Part shown: in pieces, positions 18,318 to 28,663 of the stretch
How the letters are laid out: each line of letters begins with the position of its first letter
Position numbering within the stretch: position 1 is the stretch's first letter
Assembly: GCA_965242965.1 (NCBI GenBank)
Contig: OZ251518.1
Coordinates: 3,712,001-3,776,000, forward strand
DNA length: 64,000 nt
Direction: 5' to 3'
DNA from: Candidatus Poribacteria bacterium
Lineage (GTDB): Bacteria > Poribacteria > WGA-4E > WGA-3G
The notes under the pieces: model-generated
Told to the model about the DNA's origin: nothing
What the model saw: the letters and a program-made list of their open reading frames with translations, nothing else
The model's database searches: none
Made by a program: the position numbers and the translations under genes

Positions 18318-21281
18318 ATGCAAGCATTGACAACGTCAACGTCAACGTCAATGCGGCCTGCCAAATCAGAACAGCAGCCAAACAACGCATTGCGAAGACC
18401 GAAAAACCGCAGAAAAGGTATCAAGCTGCCCGCTTGGCGCGATGTCATTCGGCCCAATGAAGATGTCATCGCCGGCACCTTCCGAAAATCCGAATTCGCC
18501 GCGGACCTGCAGGAAGTCTACGAAGGCAGGGCGAAAACGGCTGAATACGGCGAAGCGGTGCTCTTCTTCAACCATACCTATATCACCCCGGGACTCCGCG
18601 GCTTAATCGTCAATACGTTGCGGCGGCTCAGCGGCAAAGGCGGCGAGCCTGTCATCCAGATGAAGACTGGGTTCGGCGGCGGTAAGACGCACAGCCTCAT
18701 TGCACTCTATCACCTCGTGACGAGTGCAGAACTTCTCACCACGCTGCCGGAAGATAAGTATGCCCGGCTGCGCGCCGAAATTCACGACATCATGCAGGAG
18801 GCGGACGTTGACGCGTCGCGATTACAAATCGCGTCTACCGGTATCGCAAACATTTCGGTGCTTGTCGGCACTTACCTCTCCACCACGGATGCCGATACGA
18901 CAGGACGCGGCGACCGGCTCCATACCCTTTGGGGCATGATGGCGAATCAACTCGGTGGACAGGACGCTTACGACATCATCGGTGAAGCGGCGCGGCAAGG
19001 CATCTCCCCCGGTGGAAAGCAGTTGGACAATCTTTTCAAAGCAGTCGGTCCCGCTGTCATTTTAGTCGATGAGCTCGTCGCGTATGTGCGCAACGTCCAG
19101 GGTGTCACGCAAGATAGCATCTATACCTTCCTTCAGACGCTCACGGAATCTGTGAGGCGCAGTGATAACATCGCGCTCGTTGTGACGCTGCCGGAAAGCC
19201 AGACGCAGGCAGGCGCAGCAGCCGGCAACGAAGCACTCCTGAAACTTGAGGAACTCCTTGAAAGTCATCAGGAAGAAGAGACAAGTGGCGAAGACGACGT
19301 TGTTGAGGAAATCTTTGAACGGATTGAGAACGTCTGGGCACCTCTGGAGATTAACGAGGCGTTTGAAGTCGTGCGCCGCCGGCTGTTCGGCAGCGAAATT
19401 GACGAGGAAGCTCGCGACTTGACGTGTGAGGCGTTCCACAAGCATTACCAGAACGCCCGCCGCGAATACCCGGACAACGTCACCGAGGCAAAATATCTCC
19501 AGCGGATGAAGGAATGCTACCCGATTCATCCCGAAGTCTTCGACAGGCTCCATTCGGATTGGGGTGCTGTGCCGGGGTTCCAGCGCACGCGCGGTGTCCT
19601 GCGCATCATGGCGAACTGTATTAGCCGACTCTATCAGCGGGAGAACCGTTCACCGTTGATAATGCCGGCAGACCTGGCACTGAGCGATTCGTCGCTTGCC
19701 GACGAGTTCACCGGGCTGCTGAGCCGACAAGGCGGACAGTGGCAGCCTGTCATCACCGAGGTGGATAACGATGGTGGGCTGACAGATCGGATTGACAGCG
19801 CGAGTCAATCATTCCTTGATATGGGTGGGGCTGCAAGGCGCATCGCACGCACTGTCTTCTTCGGCAGCGCGCCAAGTGGGGCAGTGAAAGGGATTAATAT
19901 CCGAAGCATCCATCTCGGCACCGTGTTGCCAGGGCAGAGCGTCTCCGTTTACAATGACGCTCTCCACCGCATGAGCAACGCGCTCTACTTCCTCTATCAT
20001 CTTGATGACAGGTATTATTTCCACGCCGAGGCGAACCTGAACAAAGTCGCCGGTGATCGTGCGAAGGAGTTTACCGATGACGATGTGCATGGACATATCA
20101 TCGGGATGCTCAATAACGCCGTTGGCAGAGAACCGGGGGTTCACGTCTGTCCGACATCACCGGGAGAGGTGCCGGATTCGGACGCGCTCCAGTTTGTGAT
20201 TTTGCCGCCGCATCAGGCTTTGCCGAGTCAGCAGAAAGATGCGGATACCGCAAGGCCGGCGGTGGAGCAGTTCCTCCGCTACCGAGGCACCGATGAGACA
20301 CAGCGCACCTATCGGAACACGCTCCTCTTCATCGGCGCGCGGCGCGGCAATATCCGAGAGTTGGAAAATATCGTCCGGCGGCACCTCGCGTGGGATTCTA
20401 TCCTCAACGGACACGAGCTCTACTCCGCTGTGTCGAACCTGAAAGATGCACGCCGAGATCAGACGATAGACAACGTTCAGGCAACTGACGATGCGGCGCG
20501 GGAACGGCTGTTCAAGGCGTTTCGACGCTTGCTAGTGCCGGCGCAAGAGAATCCGCGGCAGGATGAATACCACATCGCGGAGACAGAGATTAACGCCGAT
20601 GATGGCAGGATTGTCTCGCGCGCACGCCGACAATTTGAGCGCGACGAGACTATCATCGCCGATATGGCACCGGCGTTATTTGCGGACATGCTGAACCGAT
20701 ACATCTGGTCCAGCGAAAATTATCAGGAGCATATTGCGCTGGATACACTCTGGGCTCTGATGGCGCGCCACCTCTACATGCCGCGCCTGAAAAATAAGGA
20801 TGTCCTCATCCGATGCATCCGAAGCGGGGTGGAGGAAGGCTACTTCGGATATGCACGGGCGTATGAAGCGGGAAACTACGTGAACCCTCGGTTGCGCAAA
20901 CCGGTGTCCGGCGCAATCAGCATCGGCGCGGGAAGTGCCGCTGTCCTGATTAGTCCCGAAATGATGAAACTGTTGCTAGAGGAGCCGGTGCAGGAACCGG
21001 TGCCGAAAGCACCACGGGTAAGCGTGTCTACTGAGCGCGACCTGGCAAGCCAACAAGGGCCGACGCACCTTACCGTAACCAAAACATTGCAATTGGAGAT
21101 GGATTTCTCGGAAGATATCGATTTCCTACAGAACGAGATTGTTCGCACCTTGCACGACGATGGCGGCGAGGTGACGGTGCAGGTTATCGTTACGGCGAAG
21201 AAGACGGAGGGGTTTTCGGAGAACGCTGCGCGTTCTGTAAAAAATAACAGTGCGGAACTCGGTGCCGAATTCCGCACATGA
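18318..21281 (+). CDS. DUF499 family AAA+ ATPase (restriction-like/BREX-related defence)
   Basis: WRDVIRP, EFAADL, Walker A GFGGGKTHS, Walker B ILVDE, YPIHPE, FQRTRGVLR. Confidence 0.88.
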   Translation: MQALTTSTSTSMRPAKSEQQPNNALRRPKNRRKGIKLPAWRDVIRPNEDVIAGTFRKSEFAADLQEVYEGRAKTAEYGEAVLFFNHTYITPGLRGLIVNTLRRLSGKGGEPVIQMKTGFGGGKTHSLIALYHLVTSAELLTTLPEDKYARLRAEIHDIMQEADVDASRLQIASTGIANISVLVGTYLSTTDADTTGRGDRLHTLWGMMANQLGGQDAYDIIGEAARQGISPGGKQLDNLFKAVGPAVILVDELVAYVRNVQGVTQDSIYTFLQTLTESVRRSDNIALVVTLPESQTQAGAAAGNEALLKLEELLESHQEEETSGEDDVVEEIFERIENVWAPLEINEAFEVVRRRLFGSEIDEEARDLTCEAFHKHYQNARREYPDNVTEAKYLQRMKECYPIHPEVFDRLHSDWGAVPGFQRTRGVLRIMANCISRLYQRENRSPLIMPADLALSDSSLADEFTGLLSRQGGQWQPVITEVDNDGGLTDRIDSASQSFLDMGGAARRIARTVFFGSAPSGAVKGINIRSIHLGTVLPGQSVSVYNDALHRMSNALYFLYHLDDRYYFHAEANLNKVAGDRAKEFTDDDVHGHIIGMLNNAVGREPGVHVCPTSPGEVPDSDALQFVILPPHQALPSQQKDADTARPAVEQFLRYRGTDETQRTYRNTLLFIGARRGNIRELENIVRRHLAWDSILNGHELYSAVSNLKDARRDQTIDNVQATDDAARERLFKAFRRLLVPAQENPRQDEYHIAETEINADDGRIVSRARRQFERDETIIADMAPALFADMLNRYIWSSENYQEHIALDTLWALMARHLYMPRLKNKDVLIRCIRSGVEEGYFGYARAYEAGNYVNPRLRKPVSGAISIGAGSAAVLISPEMMKLLLEEPVQEPVPKAPRVSVSTERDLASQQGPTHLTVTKTLQLEMDFSEDIDFLQNEIVRTLHDDGGEVTVQVIVTAKKTEGFSENAARSVKNNSAELGAEFRT

Positions 21282-21302
21282 GCGCGAAAGCCAAACGTTC
21301 AA

Positions 21303-21950
21303 CGTAGGGCGAGTGCCTGTCCCTCGCCCCACGCCAAACGTCTTAACTGAGGGTGTTTCATAACTCCCTTATGGATGCCTCTTTAGGTGCTTTAGCACCT
21401 ACATGTCTATAGAAAAACGTGTCGGTTCATGTCAAGGTCCTTTAGGTCCTTAATAAAAAAACGCGCCGCATGTCAAAACACATTAAGGACCTAAAGGACC
21501 TTAGTGTTCTTCGCGAGGGCGCGTGCTATAGACATTCAGGTCCTACAGACCTGAAAGACCTTGTTTTTCGGAGCGCGAGGGCCTGTCCCCCGCGAGCGTT
21601 GGATTGCACGGACGCTGGCGAGGGACAGGCCCTCGCCCTACGGTGAAGGCGGGCGTTTTTTTCACCGTAGCGCGGGGGCCTGTCCCCCGCGATCTCCATC
21701 GTCACGATGTGTGTTTCCTCCCACTGTAGTTTGTGATCGCCTGATCACAAACGGGTCAGGAGCAGGCGAGCCTGACCTACAGGGCCTAGCGCGCGAACGC
21801 AGGCGAGGGAAACCCGCTCGGATGCGCGTATGGCATCCGAGGGCCCTCGCCCGACGGTGAAGGGGGGCTTTCTGCTCACCCTATTGCATCGAGACCAGGA
21901 GGTCTCTCCTACCGGGGATGCATCGAGACCGGGAGGTCTCTCCTACGGGG
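21303..21950. repeat. Repeat array: single TIR (21348-21362), ~170-bp nested palindrome (21384-21554) and REPs
   Basis: Direct match to the other copies in the window. Confidence 0.88.
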
Positions 21951-21965
21951 GAAAAGGCTTCGGCG

Positions 21966-22553
21966 TTAGGCACTCGGCATCCGTTCTTGTTTAAGGGTTT
22001 TTAATTCCTCTTCCATGGCATCCATTCGCTGTTGTTGTGTTTCAAGCATTTGTTGTTGTGCGGCGAGTTGCTGTTGTTGCGCCTCGATTTGTTGCTGTTG
22101 TATTGCAATTTTCTCTTCTTGCGCGCGTTCCTTTTTCTTATCCTGCAGATAGGGCAGGCCGAGGGCCACGCCAATCAGACCTAACAGTGCCACCAGCAGC
22201 GTCAAGTTGAGACTCAGGCGGGTATTCACGCCATTAAAGCGACTATTCGTATCGTCAAAACGACCATTTGTATCGTCAAGGCGACTATTCGTATCGTCAA
22301 TCCGAGTGTTGATGGCTTGCAGTTCGGCGGCTACGCGGCGGTCGCGTTCGTCCATCCTCACCACGAGTTTTGCGATTTCTTGGGTGACGAATGCCCGCGT
22401 CCGCTTTTCCGATGCGGCGATTTCTTCTTTCACAATCGCGCGGGTGTCTTCTCGAATCAGGGCCCGGAGCGTTTCAAAGTCCGTCGCGTTCTGTCCAAAC
22501 GCGAACGCGTTGAAGAACGCGATGCCGAGAACGAAAAATAGGCAAACTTTCAT
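21966..22553 (-). CDS. Hypothetical coiled-coil membrane protein with DDTNxR(L/F) heptads and Gln-rich tail
   Basis: Signal peptide, 21-nt internal repeats, TM helix, AGGAGG SD. Confidence 0.75.
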   Translation of the reverse strand: MKVCLFFVLGIAFFNAFAFGQNATDFETLRALIREDTRAIVKEEIAASEKRTRAFVTQEIAKLVVRMDERDRRVAAELQAINTRIDDTNSRLDDTNGRFDDTNSRFNGVNTRLSLNLTLLVALLGLIGVALGLPYLQDKKKERAQEEKIAIQQQQIEAQQQQLAAQQQMLETQQQRMDAMEEELKTLKQERMPSA

Positions 22554-22627
22554 CGATTATGCCTCCTTCTTAAAGATTTTATGTTATTATACCTGAATTG
22601 CATAGGAATGTCAAGTTTTTTCAATTC

Positions 22628-22657
22628 TTGACTTTTTATTCGGAAATATGGTATAAA
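22628..22657 (+). promoter_or_regulatory. Sigma-70 type promoter of the methylase gene
   Basis: TTGACT-N18-TATAAA in an AT-rich divergent region. Confidence 0.5.
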
Positions 22658-22692
22658 TTATCCAAATAACCTAAAAAGAAAGGCACGCATAT

Positions 22693-25536
22693 ATGCCAAA
22701 ACCCCGAAAGAAACTCATTGAGGTGAGTCTACCGTTGGAGGTCATCAACCGAGAAGCAACAAAAGATGCCTCCCTGACGCACGGGCACCCCTCAACGCTA
22801 CATCGATATTGGGCGCGGCGCCCTCTCGCGGCATGCCGTGCTGTGATTTTTGCCAGCATGGTAGATGATCCTGTCTCTTGTGAGGACGAATTCCCTACCG
22901 AAGGAGATCAGAACGTTGAACGCAGCCGGCTCCACGGCCTCCTTCGCAGACTCGTCGTTTGGCAAAATAGCAACGACGAAAAACTCTTGGAGGCAGCACG
23001 CCTAGAAATTGCAGTTTCCTCCGCGCGGAACCGCGGCGAAAACGCGAAAGCCTTTCGGAAAAGGTTTGAAAACAACCCGGATGCAGTCCTGCACTATCTC
23101 GGTGAACATTGCCCCGCCATTTACGATCCCTTTTGTGGTGGCGGTTCCATCTCGTTAGAGGCACAGCGACTGGGCTTACGCGCCCGCGGTTCTGACCTGA
23201 ATCCTCTCCCCGTTCTCCTTAATAAGGCGATGATCGAGTTGCCGCCGCAGTTCCACAACCAGAAACCGGTGAATCCAGACGCGGACCCGCTCGGCATGTT
23301 CACCGGCACTGGCAAACATCGGACGCGTGTTTTGTGGAAAGGCACCTCCGGTCTGGCGGACGATATCCGTTACTACGGCGCGTGGATGCGAGAGGAAGCG
23401 CGTCAACGCATCGGGCACCTCTACCCAGAGGTGCAACTGCCTGATGGAAAAACTGCGCCCGTGGTTGCGTGGTTATGGGCGCGCACCGTTCCGTGTATTA
23501 ACCCTGCCTGCGGCCTTCACATGCCCCTGATGAAAACTTTTTACCTTTGTAAAAAGAAAGGGAATGAGCATTGGCTCAAACCAATTGTTAATCGCGACTT
23601 GAATACCATCTCGTGGGTAGTGGAAAGTGCCGATACCCTCCTTCACCCCCTTTCACAAAACTTAAGTTATATTGCGCCTAGCGATGATGGAATGCGCAAA
23701 CCTACCGTCAACCGCACCGGTGCGCACTGTATCGCCTGCGGTAGTGCTGTCAAATTGGGTGATGTCCGCGCACAGGCGAGTGCCGGCAAAATGGGAGAAA
23801 CGATGGTGGCGATAGTCGCCGAGGGGAAACCCAAGTTGTTCCTCGCTCCGACAGCCGAACATATCCACGTGGCGATGTCCGCTAAATCCCCGCGCAGACC
23901 GCGGCAAGCGATGCCGAATAACCCGACTTTGGTGAGCGGGCGCGGCTATGGCATCACGCATTGGCATCAACTTTTCACCGAAAGGCAACTCATCGCTTTG
24001 AATACCTTCGGCGATTTGCTGTCAGAAGTTCACACCTGTCTCACACAAGATGGCGCAGAGAGCCACTACGCAGATTCCGTTTGCACCTATCTCGCTCTGG
24101 CAATCGGAAGAATCACTGAAACTAATTGTCGTTTCTCGTATTGGGATGTCGTTGATAGATTCATCTCTAAGGCCTTTACACGCCAGGCACTTCAAATGAC
24201 ATGGAATTTTTCTGAATCAAATCCGTTCTCCAATTCGACCCAGAATTGGATGGCGCAGGTGGAATGGATTGCGAAGGTCGTTGAGAAACTACCTGCTCCT
24301 GCACATCAAGGCGAAGTGTATCAAGCCGATGCTACCACTACCCGGCATGCGGCTGATAGGCCCGTCTTTGTCACCGATCCGCCCTACTACGACAATATCG
24401 ACTACGCCGATCTTTCGGATTTCTTCTATATCTGGATCCGGCCCTTACTCCGCGACATCTATCCGGATTTGCTCTCTGGGATGCTAACTCCTAAAGATGA
24501 GGAAATCGTTGCTATTCCGTCTCGGTTTGATGATCCGTCAAATCGGTTTGAGAGGTTGCTTGGCGAAACATTACTGCAGATGCGACAAAACTGCACCGAC
24601 GCGTTCCCTTCCTCTATCTTTTACGCTTACAGACAGCAGGAAGAGGAACGCGGTGGCAGAACCTCCACCGGCTGGGAGACAATGCTCATGGCAATCGTCA
24701 ATGCCGGCTTTCAGATAGTCGGCACGTGGTCCATGCGGACTGAGCGGCCTACAGGTGTCAAAACCAAGAAAAACGTACTCGCATCGTCTGTTCTTTTAGT
24801 TTGCCGGCCGCGCCCGGAAGACGCACCGTTCATCACCCTCCGCAACTTTCAGGCGGAACTCAAAAAGGCGATGCCGCCTGCACTGCGCAGACTCACCCGC
24901 ACTGCTAGAATCGATCCCGTAGATCTCGCGCAAGCCGCCATCGGCCCCGGCATGGAGGTATATTCTCGTTATAGCAAGGTGATGCGCATCAGCGGCGAGA
25001 GTGTCCCCATCCGAGAGGTGCTGAAATATATCAACGACGAAATCACCGCCTATCACGAAGAGGAGAGCGGCGCGTTGGATAAGACGACGCAGTTCTGTTT
25101 GACATGGTTTAAGCAGCATGGGTATCAGGCGGGCGATTTCGGCACGGCGCAGCTGCTGGCGACAGCGACAGGCGTAGACGTTGCGCAGCTGCACGAAAAG
25201 GTGTTGACAGCGGCGCGAGGCAAGGTGAAACTTTTCCGTCGCGAGGACTATTATGAACGTGAATTGAGCGATGAGGTATCAGCGTGGGAGGGGTGCCAGC
25301 GGATGGTATTCCACTTGACAGATACCGCGGTCGGCGGCGGGATTCAGGCGTGTGCGGCGGTTGTGCGTGCGATGGGTGCGGCGGATGAGTCTGCGGAGCG
25401 GCTGGCGCGCGTCTTGTATAGTTATTACGAGGCGTTAGACGATGCCTCAAGTGCGCTGGCATATAACACGTTGGTTCAAAATTGGACAGAGATTTGGGAT
25501 GCCAGTCGCGAGGCGCGGCAGAGCAGTTTCTACTAG
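22693..25536 (+). CDS. DUF1156 family adenine-specific DNA methyltransferase
   Basis: KKLIEVSLPL, HGHPSTLHRYWARRPL, DPFCGGGSI, TDPPYYDNI. Confidence 0.9.
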   Translation: MPKPRKKLIEVSLPLEVINREATKDASLTHGHPSTLHRYWARRPLAACRAVIFASMVDDPVSCEDEFPTEGDQNVERSRLHGLLRRLVVWQNSNDEKLLEAARLEIAVSSARNRGENAKAFRKRFENNPDAVLHYLGEHCPAIYDPFCGGGSISLEAQRLGLRARGSDLNPLPVLLNKAMIELPPQFHNQKPVNPDADPLGMFTGTGKHRTRVLWKGTSGLADDIRYYGAWMREEARQRIGHLYPEVQLPDGKTAPVVAWLWARTVPCINPACGLHMPLMKTFYLCKKKGNEHWLKPIVNRDLNTISWVVESADTLLHPLSQNLSYIAPSDDGMRKPTVNRTGAHCIACGSAVKLGDVRAQASAGKMGETMVAIVAEGKPKLFLAPTAEHIHVAMSAKSPRRPRQAMPNNPTLVSGRGYGITHWHQLFTERQLIALNTFGDLLSEVHTCLTQDGAESHYADSVCTYLALAIGRITETNCRFSYWDVVDRFISKAFTRQALQMTWNFSESNPFSNSTQNWMAQVEWIAKVVEKLPAPAHQGEVYQADATTTRHAADRPVFVTDPPYYDNIDYADLSDFFYIWIRPLLRDIYPDLLSGMLTPKDEEIVAIPSRFDDPSNRFERLLGETLLQMRQNCTDAFPSSIFYAYRQQEEERGGRTSTGWETMLMAIVNAGFQIVGTWSMRTERPTGVKTKKNVLASSVLLVCRPRPEDAPFITLRNFQAELKKAMPPALRRLTRTARIDPVDLAQAAIGPGMEVYSRYSKVMRISGESVPIREVLKYINDEITAYHEEESGALDKTTQFCLTWFKQHGYQAGDFGTAQLLATATGVDVAQLHEKVLTAARGKVKLFRREDYYERELSDEVSAWEGCQRMVFHLTDTAVGGGIQACAAVVRAMGAADESAERLARVLYSYYEALDDASSALAYNTLVQNWTEIWDASREARQSSFY

Positions 25537-25549
25537 GGAGACTTTTGTC

Positions 25550-25921
25550 ATGCGAGAGGAATCGAACGCTTATTTAGCGGCACATAATTTGCGGCGCGAG
25601 TTGCGTCCATATACCCGCGCCGAGGTTTCGCGGTTACCGAATGACCGGCGTGGTGTGTATGCGCTCTGGCGGCCGCGCTCGGGGAGTGAGCGGCTGGAGT
25701 GCCTCTATGTTGGGGAGTCTCGGACGTGCGTGCGTCGTCGGTTGCTGGAGCATTTCTCCTCAAAGGAGCCAAATGAGGCATTGCGCAATCAGTTGCAGTT
25801 GTATCGGACGGTTGTCGTCTTTTCGGTGGAGTTCACGGAGGATGCGGCGGAGACGTTGTTAATGGAAACGGAGTTGATTCGTGCGTGGCAGCCGAAGACG
25901 AATGAGAAGGGTTTGGGATAG
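25550..25921 (+). CDS. Small GIY-YIG nuclease family protein
   Basis: ATG 25550 behind GGAG, 13 nt after the methylase stop; GVYAL..LYVGES..RRRLLEH..ETELI..PKTN. Confidence 0.75.
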   Translation: MREESNAYLAAHNLRRELRPYTRAEVSRLPNDRRGVYALWRPRSGSERLECLYVGESRTCVRRRLLEHFSSKEPNEALRNQLQLYRTVVVFSVEFTEDAAETLLMETELIRAWQPKTNEKGLG

Positions 25922-25949
25922 GGGTTTCAGGAGCAGGTGCGCACGCTAG

Positions 25950-26185
25950 TCCTGTAGTTCGGGAGCGCCTGCTCCCGAACGGGTCAGGATCAGGCGATCC
26001 TGACCTACAGGAGTGATGCGGTCTGACAGCAAAACGCCTGGCGAGGGGAACCCTCTCGGATGCGCGTGTGGCATGCGAGGGCCCTCGCCCTACGTGAGGG
26101 GCGGCGTTTTTTCACCGTAGGGCGAGGGCCTGTCCCTCGCCGTGCCTCCGGGAGGAATGCATCAAGACCAGGAGGTCTCTCCTAC
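25950..26185. repeat. REP-like palindrome array
   Basis: Same GTAG families; overlaps the lgt stop codon. Confidence 0.88.
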
Positions 26186-27009
26186 CGCCGTTTTTTACGT
26201 CTCCGCGCACGCGGTTGACTCGGTTTAGACACATCACTCACCGGCGCTGCAACGTCAGGCACCGCAGGCGGAACCTGCGGGCGATGCCACATCCAAAAGA
26301 TAAAGCCGCTCCCGAAGAAGACCAGGAAAATGCTGAAGAGTTGCGCCGCTGACAACCCGACATAGATACGCGGATTCGTCCGCCAAAACTCTACGATAAA
26401 CCGTTCTACGCCGAGTAGGATAAGACTCGCGCCGAATAAGATACCCGGTGTCGCCTCAAGCCGCCGGCGTTGTGTCCATAAGATACCGAAAAAGGCGAAC
26501 GAAATCAACGTTTCATAGATGGGTGTCGGATGCACGGGCACATCTGTCGGCACGGTGCCGTTCGGGAATGCCATCGCCCACGGTAAATCTGAGGGCGGGC
26601 CATAGTCACCGTCGCCGGCGAGGAAGCACCCGATGCGTCCAATGCCGTAACCGAGTAGCAACGTCGGCCCGATGATATCGATCGTCGCTAAATAAGGATT
26701 CGGCGAACGGAGAATATAGAGGCTCGCGGCGAGACTGCCCCCGATTAAGCCGCCATACCAGACGAGCCCACTCGTTGAGAAGAGTTCGTCGAAGTGGAGG
26801 TGGCCGTCTTGGAGCGCGGAATAGAGTTTCGCGCCGACAACGCCGCCTATCCCCGCCGCCATGACGATGGACGCTGCCACTTCCGCGACAAAACCGCGCC
26901 GCTTCAATTCTCGTTGCAATACGAATACGACGGTGATAAACGCGCACGCCAGCATCAGCCCGTAACTGTGGATGCCAAATGGTCCAAAATCGATCAGCGT
27001 TGGATACAT
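26182..27009 (-). CDS. lgt: Prolipoprotein diacylglyceryl transferase
   Basis: SYGLM, GLVWYGG, GRIGCFL, HPTPIYE, RFIVEFWR. Confidence 0.93.
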   Translation of the reverse strand: MYPTLIDFGPFGIHSYGLMLACAFITVVFVLQRELKRRGFVAEVAASIVMAAGIGGVVGAKLYSALQDGHLHFDELFSTSGLVWYGGLIGGSLAASLYILRSPNPYLATIDIIGPTLLLGYGIGRIGCFLAGDGDYGPPSDLPWAMAFPNGTVPTDVPVHPTPIYETLISFAFFGILWTQRRRLEATPGILFGASLILLGVERFIVEFWRTNPRIYVGLSAAQLFSIFLVFFGSGFIFWMWHRPQVPPAVPDVAAPVSDVSKPSQPRARRRKKRR

Positions 27010-27017
27010 CTTCTGTC

Positions 27018-27722
27018 TTACTCCCCCAGATAGGCTTGCCGCACGCGTTCATCGGCTAATAATTCGGTGGAGGAGCCCGCAATGGGAATCTCACCGGTTT
27101 CCATGACGTAGCCGCGGTGCGTAACTTCTAGCGCGATGTGCGCGTTCTGTTCCACCAGCAAAATTGTCGTGCCTTCGGCATTAATCTGCTGGAGGATTTC
27201 AAAGATCTGTTTCACAATAAGCGGCGCGAGCCCGAGCGAGGGTTCGTCTAAGAGGAGCAATCGCGGTTGTGACATTAACGCGCGCCCGATGGCGAGCATC
27301 TGCTGCTCACCGCCGCTGAGACTGCCGCCGCGCTGTCGCTGCCGCGCCGCTAGCACCGGAAACAACGCGAAGATTTTGTCTAAATCCGCACTAACCCCCG
27401 GTTTATCGGTTCGGAGGTACGCGCCGAGTTCTAGGTTTTCCAAGATGGACATGTCCGGGAAGATGAGTCGTCCCTCCGGCACCTGCGAGATACCGAGTGC
27501 GACGCGTTGCTCCGCCGAAGTGTCCGTAATATCCTCGCCTTCAAAGTGGATACTTCCCTGCGCGGGCGGATGCACGCCGGAGATAGTCATCAGCGTCGTC
27601 GATTTGCCGGCACCATTCGCGCCGATGAGACACACCATTTCACCCTGATTCACCGCTATTGAGATGCCCCGGACCGCGCGGATATTGCCGTAGGCAGTGT
27701 GAATGTTCCTGAGTTCAAGCAT
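27018..27722 (-). CDS. livF: Branched-chain amino acid ABC transporter ATP-binding subunit
   Basis: GANGAGKST, VPEGR, LSGGEQQMLA, LLDEPSLGLAP, LVEQN. Confidence 0.95.
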   Translation of the reverse strand: MLELRNIHTAYGNIRAVRGISIAVNQGEMVCLIGANGAGKSTTLMTISGVHPPAQGSIHFEGEDITDTSAEQRVALGISQVPEGRLIFPDMSILENLELGAYLRTDKPGVSADLDKIFALFPVLAARQRQRGGSLSGGEQQMLAIGRALMSQPRLLLLDEPSLGLAPLIVKQIFEILQQINAEGTTILLVEQNAHIALEVTHRGYVMETGEIPIAGSSTELLADERVRQAYLGE

Positions 27723-28497
27723 CGTCAGTTGTTCCTAAATACGCCGTGATGACGCGTTCATCGTTTTGCACGTCTGCCGGTTTCCCATCGCTGATTTTCT
27801 GACCGTGGTCTAACACCGTGACCCAGTCGGAAATCTGCATCACCAGTTTGACATCGTGTTCGATGAGCAGCACGGCGATGCCTTGTTCGCGGATAGTGTA
27901 GATAAGCGCGATGAGCTCCTGTGTTTCTTGCGGGTTCATGCCGGCGGCGGGTTCGTCCAACAGGAGGAGCTGCGGCTCAGTAGCGAGGGCCCTGGCGATT
28001 TCAACACGCCGCTGATCTCCGTAAGAGAGGTTTCCTGCTATCTGCTCCACCACGTCAACAAGCCCTACAAACTTGAGCGTTTCCAGTGCGCGTTCGGTGA
28101 TGTCCGCCTCTTCCTGTCGCTGCTTCTTCGTGCGTAGCACCGAACCGATTAAGGCACTTGACGTGCGCGGATGCCTGCCGATTTTGACGTTGTCCAGCAC
28201 CGTCAAATCCGAGAAAAGTCGGATATTCTGAAACGTTCTGGCGATGCCGCGCTCCGTAACCTGGTCTGGCCGAAGCCCGGTAATCTGTCTGCCTAAAAAG
28301 TTGACAGTGCCGGCTGTCGGTTTATCTAATCCTGTGACGCAGTTAAACAGCGTCGTCTTGCCGGCACCGTTCGGTCCGATGAGACTGAAGATTTCAGATG
28401 GGCGCACGTGCATCGTGACATCGTCTAGTGCGATGACACCACCGTAATGCCGGCTGAGCTGTTTTGTGTCCAAGATGTGTTGGATGTTTTCTGCCAT
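27715..28497 (-). CDS. livG: Branched-chain amino acid ABC transporter ATP-binding subunit
   Basis: GPNGAGKTT, RTFQNIRLF, LSYGDQR, LDEPAAGMN, IEHD. Confidence 0.95.
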   Translation of the reverse strand: MAENIQHILDTKQLSRHYGGVIALDDVTMHVRPSEIFSLIGPNGAGKTTLFNCVTGLDKPTAGTVNFLGRQITGLRPDQVTERGIARTFQNIRLFSDLTVLDNVKIGRHPRTSSALIGSVLRTKKQRQEEADITERALETLKFVGLVDVVEQIAGNLSYGDQRRVEIARALATEPQLLLLDEPAAGMNPQETQELIALIYTIREQGIAVLLIEHDVKLVMQISDWVTVLDHGQKISDGKPADVQNDERVITAYLGTTDDA

Positions 28498-28663
28498 GTT
28501 TATTCCTTAAGTGGGATGCATCGAGACCGGGAGGGCTCGCCTACCCAGTTTGTTCATAATAGTATACCTTAAGTTGGGTTTACGTGTCAAATCGGGTTGA
28601 TTTTCATTACAATTTGTGATATTATAGTCGCAGTTCTCCGCGCCACCGTTGCGCACATTACGT

